Below are positions 55,317 through 63,978 of a stretch of 64,000 nucleotides of DNA, piece by piece. The stretch's first letter is position 1; each line of letters begins with the position of its first letter. Position numbers and translations under genes: made by a program. Below the pieces are notes generated by a model. It searched no databases. It saw only the letters and a program-made list of their open reading frames with translations, and was not told the origin of the DNA. This stretch comes from a virus: positions 8,457 through 72,456 of IMG/VR virus record IMGVR_UViG_3300042558_003617; one strand, written 5' to 3'.

Positions 55317-55384
55317 TATTAGTATACTCCTAGTATTACTAATATTTACTTAAACTAATGTAAAACTTCTGTGCAGAGTTTAAT

Positions 55385-55753
55385 CTAGAACAAGATCCAA
55401 GCCGCCAGGCCAAGATATGTAAGTTGGTGCGCTAGTTGATCTAGGCCGAATTGATTCCAAAATAAAGGTTTGGTTTGATCCTTGATACCAAAATGAACCT
55501 TGGCCCAATCAATATGATAATGTATCACACCCTCAATCACAGTGACCAACAAGATGGTTCCAGCGGGTACAGGATGCACCAGGCTGAATATCAGTAGCAC
55601 AACCAAGCTGGTCCATACATGGTCTAGACTGTGGCTAATCCCACAAAGATCACGATAGATTCCCTTGCGCACAGTTTGGGCATAAGTTTGTATCACAAAG
55701 TCAGCATAGTAGTGCTTGACTTGCAACAGGCATAATAGTATTAGGATTTCCAT
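55385..55753 (-). CDS. DUF3307-like membrane protein
   Basis: KHYYADF..Q, HYHIDWAK, FGLDQLAH. Confidence 0.8.
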   Translation of the reverse strand: MEILILLCLLQVKHYYADFVIQTYAQTVRKGIYRDLCGISHSLDHVWTSLVVLLIFSLVHPVPAGTILLVTVIEGVIHYHIDWAKVHFGIKDQTKPLFWNQFGLDQLAHQLTYLGLAAWILF

Positions 55754-55796
55754 GCAGTAATTTATTTAACCATATAGAATAATACTTATAGATTTT

Positions 55797-55967
55797 TCAC
55801 AAGGTATTCTGAGCAAGATTGCGCAGTTTTTCAAGCTCATCGGCAGCTTCCTCCAGCAGATCGGCAATTCTGTCGGGTTTGCCCTCAACAACAGATTTTC
55901 TGCCAGGAATTTGTCTGCGTATTTCAGCTCGTTTACGAAGACGATATACTAGATCTTGGTTCTCCAT
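55797..55967 (-). CDS. Small hypothetical protein (56 aa, not in ORF track)
   Basis: MENQDLVYRLRKRAEIRRQIPGRKSVVEGKPDRIADLLEEAADELEKLRNLAQNTL. Confidence 0.7.
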   Translation of the reverse strand: MENQDLVYRLRKRAEIRRQIPGRKSVVEGKPDRIADLLEEAADELEKLRNLAQNTL

Positions 55968-56087
55968 TTATTCTTCCTTGATCTCAACCACATGATATTC
56001 TGACTTGGGATAATTGCCCCATAACCATTCCAACAAGTCTTGACTATACGGTAACTTGATAGATTTAAATTTGTTGGTAATATACAT
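55968..56087 (-). CDS. Small hypothetical protein (39 aa, not in ORF track)
   Basis: MYITNKFKSIKLPYSQDLLEWLWGNYPKSEYHVVEIKEE; abuts both neighbours. Confidence 0.55.
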   Translation of the reverse strand: MYITNKFKSIKLPYSQDLLEWLWGNYPKSEYHVVEIKEE

Positions 56088-56269
56088 TATTTCTCTCTGT
56101 CCAGCTGAATTAACACATCACGTTCTTGTTGGTCAATGTCACTAAGTGACTGCTCTAGAGTTTTACCAACAATGCCCACATATTGCACATTGTCATGCCA
56201 GTGTGAGTACAATGCAACTGCATCTCGCATGCCTTGATGATAGGCCTTGCACAGCAAAGCTTTGTCCAT
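56087..56269 (-). CDS. Hypothetical protein
   Basis: Start reassigned to MDKAL. Confidence 0.55.
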   Translation of the reverse strand: MDKALLCKAYHQGMRDAVALYSHWHDNVQYVGIVGKTLEQSLSDIDQQERDVLIQLDREK

Positions 56270-56270
56270 C

Positions 56271-56816
56271 TTAGTGATGACCTTTGACTTTGCCTTTGAT
56301 CGCATCGGCAATGGCATCCTCCATGGTAATAGCAATCATTCCAGTTGCATCCATGCCCATGTCGCGACATCGAAATTGTTCCATTCCACTCTCGCCACCA
56401 TGCAAGTGACCGTGCAAGTGAACAGCACCCCTGTGCATTTGGTCCCACTCAGCAATGGGGTAGTGGAACATCACAACCTTTGTTCCATTATAGTTGATGT
56501 CTAGGTACTTGTGTACTTCTAGGAAACATCTTCGGAAAGTGGGATCATTGAGTATCTTGCGATCATGGTTGCCTTCGATCAATATTTTTGTGCCATTGCA
56601 ACGATTCATGTACTCTGCTGCTTTTTGTGCAGGCAAGAAAGCCACATCGCCGAGTATGTAAACTTTATCTTCAGGTGCAATCAAGTCGTTCCATTCCTTG
56701 ATCATTGCCTCGTTCATGTAGTTTACATCATTGCGAAACCGAGCACGTGACACTGAACAAAAACTCATGATGTTGGTATGTCCAAAATGCAAATCGCTGG
56801 TTACGAATGTTTTCAT
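56271..56816 (-). CDS. Calcineurin-like metallophosphoesterase
   Basis: SDLHFGH, LGD, GNHD, HGHLH; ATG 6 nt after TTGACA-17-TATAAT (56851-56823). Confidence 0.9.
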   Translation of the reverse strand: MKTFVTSDLHFGHTNIMSFCSVSRARFRNDVNYMNEAMIKEWNDLIAPEDKVYILGDVAFLPAQKAAEYMNRCNGTKILIEGNHDRKILNDPTFRRCFLEVHKYLDINYNGTKVVMFHYPIAEWDQMHRGAVHLHGHLHGGESGMEQFRCRDMGMDATGMIAITMEDAIADAIKGKVKGHH

Positions 56817-56857
56817 AGTTGTATTATACACTTAACTGAATACTTTGTCAACAGTAT

Positions 56858-57322
56858 TCAAACATGCCAAATCTCATGAAATCCTTCTTCCAGAGTTGGC
56901 ATTTCAAAATTCCATACCATGTCATGTAACACATGTTCTGGAATGACTTTTCCAGGGCGTGTTTTTAGTCTGCGCTGGTGTTCTTGCTCATCCGGTGTTT
57001 GGAACACTATAGCAATTGCGTAATAGTCAGGCAACATGCGGAACTTGCGAGTACGACTTGCAAGAGTAGTGCTGGTCTGATCCCAGATAATATCCTTGCC
57101 TGCATCACGTGCACCATTTACGGCACCTGCCATTCTTGCAACAGCCACAGGCATGTATTCCTCAAACACTTCAGAATAGGTTTTACCAACATTCTCGGCC
57201 CACTCTTCAACATACTTATCGGTTGAAATGTACGCACAGTCTCTAAACCAGTCTTGATTTTTTGCCCAGGTGGTTTTACCCGATCCGGGTACACCAATCA
57301 ACATGTATAGTTTATTTTTCAT
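56858..57322 (-). CDS. P-loop kinase (AAA_33 / polynucleotide kinase-like)
   Basis: GVPGSGKTT, ISTD, IIWDQT. Confidence 0.85.
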   Translation of the reverse strand: MKNKLYMLIGVPGSGKTTWAKNQDWFRDCAYISTDKYVEEWAENVGKTYSEVFEEYMPVAVARMAGAVNGARDAGKDIIWDQTSTTLASRTRKFRMLPDYYAIAIVFQTPDEQEHQRRLKTRPGKVIPEHVLHDMVWNFEMPTLEEGFHEIWHV

Positions 57323-57337
57323 TTTTTTTACCAACGC

Positions 57338-57429
57338 TGGTACCTCCGCCGGGACTCGAACCCAGATGAACCAATTATCTGTTGCTTACGGGATATAAAT
57401 CCGCCGTTTTACCATTAAACTACAGAGGC
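57338..57429 (-). tRNA. tRNA-Ile(TAT)-like with extra arm
   Basis: Acceptor GCCTCTG/CGGAGGT, loop TTTATAT, 22-nt variable region containing CAA-CAGATAA-TTG. Confidence 0.75.
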
Positions 57430-57434
57430 ATTAT

Positions 57435-57510
57435 TGGTTGCGGGGCTTGGATTTGAACCAAGGATGGCAAAGGCTTATGAGACCTCGCTGGTGACCGGAC
57501 CCTCCCCGCG
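57435..57510 (-). tRNA. tRNA-fMet-like (CAT)
   Basis: C1:A72 mismatch, CGCGGGG start, T-loop TTCAAAT, loop CTCATAA; short D-arm. Confidence 0.8.
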
Positions 57511-57513
57511 ATA

Positions 57514-57650
57514 ACTTTATAGGTGCTCTCTGTTGGAATCGAACCAAACTGTTTAACTCCGTATCTTCCTGGCACTTTCGGTAGTTAGTCGACTTAGTAC
57601 CTAACTCGTGTTATCCAGTGTAGTTAAACTTCAAAGAGCATTTATAAAGT
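57514..57650 (-). ncRNA. tRNA-like RNA (acceptor stem plus T-arm with large insert)
   Basis: GCTCTTT/AGAGAGC-ACC, TTGG-TTCGATT-CCAA, GTTTAACT/AGTTAAAC helix, extended closing stem. Confidence 0.6.
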
Positions 57651-57858
57651 GTCCGGCTACTCTCACCACAAGAGCCCCGGACTGGGCTGTCTACTCCGTC
57701 TACGTATTTGTTCTTATGGTAAAGGTTAGCGTTCCTCACCCTAGGCAGTTTTCAGTATCTCCGAACAGGAGACTGTAAGGTCAGGTCCTAGTGTACCCCC
57801 TGGTCTATCGTTACAGGGACGCTATTTCGTTAACGTAGAAATAGTAAGACGGGGTCTG
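57651..57858 (-). ncRNA. Unassigned structured RNA downstream of coiled-coil gene
   Basis: ACCCCGTCT/AGACGGAGT, CTATTTC/GAAATAG, CCCTG/CAGGG, CTAGG/CCTAG, TCTCC/GGAGA, GTCCGG/CCGGAC. Confidence 0.55.
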
Positions 57859-58431
57859 TTAGATCAGGCCTTCTGCTTGTAGCACACGTTCAGATTCGGT
57901 GCTCAACTCAATTGTGGTACGCACATTGAGTTCCAGTAACTCGTCTTGTAGACGTTGCTTGGCTTTCTTGGCCAAAGTTACCACAGTTTTAAACCCATCA
58001 ATGTCACTGTTAGTCAACACAGATGTCTCAACACTCTCGCCCATGCCATACAAACTTGCACGACTGTCTTCTTTGCGATTGCGAATCTTGTCCAATTTAC
58101 CAGACAACACTTCTGTGGCCAGTCTCTCAGACTTTGACACAAACACTGTGTAGAAGTTTACTTCTTTCTCAAGTCGAGCAATTTCGGCCAACTTGCGATC
58201 AACTCCGGCAGCACTGTTGGCTTGTCCAACTGCCTGGCGAATTTGATACAATACAGTGGTCAACGCATCGCGCCGTCCAATGTTTGTTTTCAACTTGGTC
58301 ACAGCTTTGAGAACTTCTTGTTCAGCATCCTGAAATTCGTTGATGCTGATCTCGGTAGTCACATCAATATTCTTCACAGCATCATTGATGGCATTTTGCA
58401 ATGTATTGGCTTTACGTAGTGTAATATTCAT
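57859..58431 (-). CDS. All-helical coiled-coil protein (possibly DIP1984/DUF6847-like)
   Basis: MNITLRKA..LQ...IRQAVGQAN...LQDELLELNVRTTIEL; SD AAGGA; family call from memory of motif only. Confidence 0.6.
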   Translation of the reverse strand: MNITLRKANTLQNAINDAVKNIDVTTEISINEFQDAEQEVLKAVTKLKTNIGRRDALTTVLYQIRQAVGQANSAAGVDRKLAEIARLEKEVNFYTVFVSKSERLATEVLSGKLDKIRNRKEDSRASLYGMGESVETSVLTNSDIDGFKTVVTLAKKAKQRLQDELLELNVRTTIELSTESERVLQAEGLI

Positions 58432-58725
58432 TTGATTTCCTTTTCAACAACTTCACAACAAAATAAAAACAGAGTCAAGAAGGCAAGTGACAGACTGGAC
58501 AAAAAACATGGTAATTAGTTACCAAGCAAGTCACAATGCACAAAGCACAGAGACCTGCATATTCCCAGGGGCAAGACACAAAATTGTCACATCTGGAGCA
58601 TGCAAGCACGTTCAGTTGTTTAGACTGAATGCCAGAGTTGATTTCATTAACTTTGAAGGTTAATGGATGTCCGCTCTCTTCTCCCTCTCTTCTCCGGGTA
58701 GTTCGCTTGCGCTACTACCAAAACT

Positions 58726-58809
58726 TGGTGCCCCAGGGGAGACTCGAACTCCCACGCCTCTCGACACTGGCTTCTAAGACCAGCGTGTCTACCATTCCAC
58801 CACCAGGGC
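58726..58809 (-). tRNA. tRNA-Leu(TAG)
   Basis: CTGGT-CTTAGAA-GCCAG, long variable arm. Confidence 0.93.
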
Positions 58810-58830
58810 AATATCTCTTACTAAGCATGT

Positions 58831-58859
58831 ATTATAACAACAATTCTGTTATAGGTCAA
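58831..58859 (-). promoter_or_regulatory. sigma70-type promoter
   Basis: TTGACC-17-TATAAT. Confidence 0.8.
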
Positions 58860-58887
58860 TTATTCTGAGCATCAATGTAAATAATAC

Positions 58888-59079
58888 ATGTTGCCAGAAG
58901 CCGACCTAGTAGAAAAACTCTTAGCATTGCAGATGAAGCAAATGCATAAATTTGATTCAGTCAAGGATCTCATGATCTACCAACGCGGTTTTTTGACCGG
59001 ATTGCTAAGCCAGTTGGCCCATGATGACACTTATGTTAAACAAGTAATCATTCATCGAATCAAATGTCTTGAAAAATAA
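58888..59079 (+). CDS. Small hypothetical protein
   Basis: 63 aa, TAAATA 4 nt upstream. Confidence 0.6.
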   Translation: MLPEADLVEKLLALQMKQMHKFDSVKDLMIYQRGFLTGLLSQLAHDDTYVKQVIIHRIKCLEK

Positions 59080-59080
59080 T

Positions 59081-59156
59081 TGGTGCAACCTCCAGGGATC
59101 GAACCTGGTTCAATGGCTCTTCAGACCACCGCTATGACCACATCAGCTAAAGTTGC
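59081..59156 (-). tRNA. tRNA-Phe(GAA)
   Basis: GTGGT-CTGAAGA-GCCAT. Confidence 0.9.
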
Positions 59157-59161
59157 ATGTT

Positions 59162-59236
59162 TGGAGTCGCATACGGGTTACGATCCCGTCTGGTCACCTT
59201 GAAAGGGTGATGACCTCACCAGAAGTCTAATGCGAC
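59162..59236 (-). tRNA. tRNA-Glu(TTC)
   Basis: TCACC-CTTTCAA-GGTGA; T-loop ATCGTAA. Confidence 0.88.
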
Positions 59237-59240
59237 ATAT

Positions 59241-59313
59241 CCATATAGAAACACACTAGCATAGTACCTAATGCTAACGGGCCCCGGTGGGGGTCTAGTA
59301 TGTTTTTATATGG
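59241..59313 (-). ncRNA. Spacer stem-loop element (family member)
   Basis: CCATATAAAAACATACTAG/CTAGTGTGTTTCTATATGG; two internal hairpins. Confidence 0.6.
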
Positions 59314-59400
59314 TGGGACAGGAGGGATTCGAACCCCCAACGGTTCCTAAGTAACGGATTTACAGTCCGCCGCGACACTAACCATATTCGCCTCTGGCCC
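59311..59400 (-). tRNA. tRNA-Tyr(GTA)
   Basis: GCGGA-CTGTAAA-TCCGT, long variable arm. Confidence 0.88.
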
Positions 59401-59420
59401 ATATATGTTGAGACCTTCTC

Positions 59421-59684
59421 TCAACTGCCAATTTTACTGCCTACGTTTTCGCCGTAAGTGTCATCCTGGACTCCGCCCATTTGGAACTTTTTATTGTGGG
59501 TTCCAAGCTCGCGTTGCTTTTTGATACCACTGTGCTGATCGTCAAACTTTTTGTGAGCTATGTAAAAATTTTGTGCCCTTTGAAACTTATTGGCAAGCAA
59601 TTCTTTAAATGTTGTCGGGCATAATGTATTGCCCTGCTCTTCAATCCTCTGACGGAGTTTTTGCTCTCGTATGTCTAAATCCAT
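59421..59684 (-). CDS. Hypothetical protein inside attenuated unit B
   Basis: 87 aa, SD AGGGA. Confidence 0.6.
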   Translation of the reverse strand: MDLDIREQKLRQRIEEQGNTLCPTTFKELLANKFQRAQNFYIAHKKFDDQHSGIKKQRELGTHNKKFQMGGVQDDTYGENVGSKIGS

Positions 59685-59700
59685 TTTTCCCTTTATAAAA

Positions 59701-59731
59701 CAAAAAACCCTGGATGTTTAAGTCCAGGGTT
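59701..59731 (-). terminator. Conditional terminator of attenuator B
   Basis: AACCCTGGA-CTTAAACA-TCCAGGGTT-TTTTG. Confidence 0.87.
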
Positions 59732-59759
59732 CTAAAAATGTGTAGTACACAGATATTAT

Positions 59760-59882
59760 TTAGAAATCCCTGAAATCATGATACTCAAATGCAAACTCAT
59801 AGAGTGAGCTCAACAGATGTGCGCATGGCACGCCTGATGTGCGTTCTAGTTTTGCAGGTATCAATGATGTTGTTCTTTGCAT
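59760..59882 (-). CDS. Putative leader peptide B (40 aa)
   Basis: MQRTTSLIPAKLERTSGVPCAHLLSSLYEFAFEYHDFRDF; ATG 10 nt after TATAAT; 3' end complementary to terminator 5' arm. Confidence 0.75.
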   Translation of the reverse strand: MQRTTSLIPAKLERTSGVPCAHLLSSLYEFAFEYHDFRDF

Positions 59883-59892
59883 GATAGTATCT

Positions 59893-59921
59893 ATTATATA
59901 CGTTTATTTATACCTTGTCAA
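59893..59921 (-). promoter_or_regulatory. sigma70 consensus promoter (with embedded TATAAATA)
   Basis: TTGACA-AGGTATAAATAAACGTA-TATAAT. Confidence 0.88.
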
Positions 59922-59978
59922 CCTTAATTTCTTAAGAAAGACAAGATTTTTTGCCAGAAAGTTTTTAACACTTCCTGT

Positions 59979-61894
<1,916 letters not shown>

Positions 61895-61992
61895 TTTTGC
61901 TCTCTCCTTTAAGTTTAAAATAAGCAAGAAAGTTTGCGTAATCCCGGTATGGGCCTTACGCAAACAATATTTATAGTGCCGATATCATGTGC

Positions 61993-62346
61993 TCAAGATT
62001 TTTTGGCAGTTGAATCGTTTTCTAGACACAGCAATCTCATGACCTCAAACTTTTCCCATGCGTCTTTGAGACCCGGGTGCGTTTCCATCAAAGTTCTGAT
62101 CCTTGAGTCTTCGTTACGCTTTTCTCGTGCCCAGTCTAGCAGTGCTTCGGCTTCGCTAGTAAGTCCAACTGATGTATGGCTAGAAGTTTCTTTCCAGCAG
62201 GCACCATCATACACTTCCATGTTATTGGTGTTGGTATTCCATCTGATCATGCCAGCTCCTACAGCACCGGGACTGAAGTAAACTCCCACGCCATGACCGC
62301 CGGATACCGATATGTATCTTCCTGTTGGAGTTATTTGCTTGATCAT
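61993..62346 (-). CDS. Hypothetical protein
   Basis: 117 aa, ATGA-coupled. Confidence 0.7.
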   Translation of the reverse strand: MIKQITPTGRYISVSGGHGVGVYFSPGAVGAGMIRWNTNTNNMEVYDGACWKETSSHTSVGLTSEAEALLDWAREKRNEDSRIRTLMETHPGLKDAWEKFEVMRLLCLENDSTAKKS

Positions 62347-62639
62347 CCTCGCATGCTCTCCAGCGTGATCATTTTACCCAGTTCACGTTCAAAATCCAAT
62401 TCTTCGGGAATTATATACAACTTGTGTGTGCTTCGATCAGTGCGAGAATCGTAGTGCCTAAAAGTAATAATCTTGCCACCAACGGCAGTGCGAACTGTTA
62501 TGTTCAATCCGTTTTCAGTATCAACGTCTGAGGTGTGGATCAGTCGCGAAATTTTTCTATTAGAAACAGAAGGAGAAGCTAGTTCGTTGTAGTTTGAGTC
62601 GTCAAGCCTGTTTTTTAGCCATCTATAAAACCAATTCAT
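62343..62639 (-). CDS. Hypothetical protein
   Basis: 98 aa; promoter TTGACT-17-TATAAT at 62696-62668. Confidence 0.7.
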   Translation of the reverse strand: MNWFYRWLKNRLDDSNYNELASPSVSNRKISRLIHTSDVDTENGLNITVRTAVGGKIITFRHYDSRTDRSTHKLYIIPEELDFERELGKMITLESMRG

Positions 62640-62710
62640 AATATTCCATCTAGTTCAGTTATACTTGATTATAGACAACTGTGCATACCTAGTCAAGTGA
62701 TTTGGTAAGT

Positions 62711-63277
62711 TCAGTTGTCTTCCCACTCAACGGGAGTCCAACCTAATTTTTTTAAATCTTCTCGTATTTCGTCTGTGACCACACCTTCGCCCACAAAGTT
62801 TTTTTTGTACCAGTGATGCCGTTCCTGTTGTTCCACAGACATTTTTGCCAGTTCCTCTTCAGAAATTTCCCCTTGTATGCCTGAGCAGTACCAGTCCATG
62901 TAGTCGCCCTTGCCGCACATGTCTGCCACAATGCCGCCGGCATAACGCCAACTGGCACTCCAGCGTTCATTCTTTAAAATAGGCCAAACATCAATCTTTT
63001 GAAACTGCATGTTGCACATGGCTGCATACAAGTTCTGAGCATAAGAGTCGCTGGTACGAACTTTTTCCAGGATCCAGTCAGTACTACGAAGATCATATTC
63101 CATATTGTCCTTTTGCCAGGCAGAATCCAAGATTTGTTCTGCTGCTTGTTCTTGCCAAGAGTCATACATTTTAACATAGTCAGGATTGGGCTCTTCGCCA
63201 TACTCCTTGCAACGTTTAATGTAACTTTCTTTTTGAAAGGTGTGCCGATCAGGGCTTGAGCTTATTTTGTTTGACAT
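62711..63277 (-). CDS. Hypothetical protein
   Basis: Start reassigned to MSNKI; YAQNLYAAMCN, WSASWRYAGGI, GDYMDWYCSG. Confidence 0.7.
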   Translation of the reverse strand: MSNKISSSPDRHTFQKESYIKRCKEYGEEPNPDYVKMYDSWQEQAAEQILDSAWQKDNMEYDLRSTDWILEKVRTSDSYAQNLYAAMCNMQFQKIDVWPILKNERWSASWRYAGGIVADMCGKGDYMDWYCSGIQGEISEEELAKMSVEQQERHHWYKKNFVGEGVVTDEIREDLKKLGWTPVEWEDN

Positions 63278-63978
63278 ACTTGTTGAACGTATTTGGTTGC
63301 TAGATGCTTTTGCCAAACATACCCAAACATACTGAGCCATCTAACAGCATGCCCGTTATTTTTCAATGCAGGGTTTGATGAAAAAGTTCCAAGCCCACCA
63401 ATATAAGAAGCTTCAAAATTGATCACTCCGCCAAGGATCAAGTCGGCAATGCGTGGCTCCCAGATCACTGCAAGATCAACTCTGTTAGGTTCGGCAAAAT
63501 TGTCAAAGCTAACGGATCTCTGGTAAGAATCAATCGCAAATTCAAAATTTGATTCTAATATTTCCATACGAAACTGTTTGGCTTCTGCGGCCTGGGGCAC
63601 GTATGCCAAGAACTTATCTATAAAAATATCCATGAGTTGGTTACGTTGTGCAACAGTAAACTCTAACTCAAGATCTCGGTATCGCAACTCGCCGTACTCA
63701 TTCCAAAAGTTCACAGATGCTTGCTTGATGCCATCTTCAGTGTAGTGCTTTCTACCAATACCTTGCACAACTTGACCGTGCTCAAAGTAATCGCCTGGCA
63801 ACATATCAAGTAAATTAACAGACAACTGTTCTTGTGCCAATGTTTGATTTACAAACTCTCGACTGACAAAGCCTGACATTTCGTTGGCCCGAACATTGGT
63901 TGAAAATGTTTTTAGATGTGCCGCATAATGTAAAAAATATGTTGCATCTAAGTTGATAAAGTTTTTTGCACCCGACAC
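63262..63978 (-). CDS. Hypothetical protein (start may lie beyond window)
   Basis: 238 aa open frame near window end. Confidence 0.6.
   Translation of the reverse strand: MSGAKNFINLDATYFLHYAAHLKTFSTNVRANEMSGFVSREFVNQTLAQEQLSVNLLDMLPGDYFEHGQVVQGIGRKHYTEDGIKQASVNFWNEYGELRYRDLELEFTVAQRNQLMDIFIDKFLAYVPQAAEAKQFRMEILESNFEFAIDSYQRSVSFDNFAEPNRVDLAVIWEPRIADLILGGVINFEASYIGGLGTFSSNPALKNNGHAVRWLSMFGYVWQKHLATKYVQQVCQTK

Noticed and set aside
57338-57429. Group I/II intron in tRNA-Ile
   Set aside because: The extra sequence is only about 17 nt longer than a normal variable loop, far too short for a self-splicing intron
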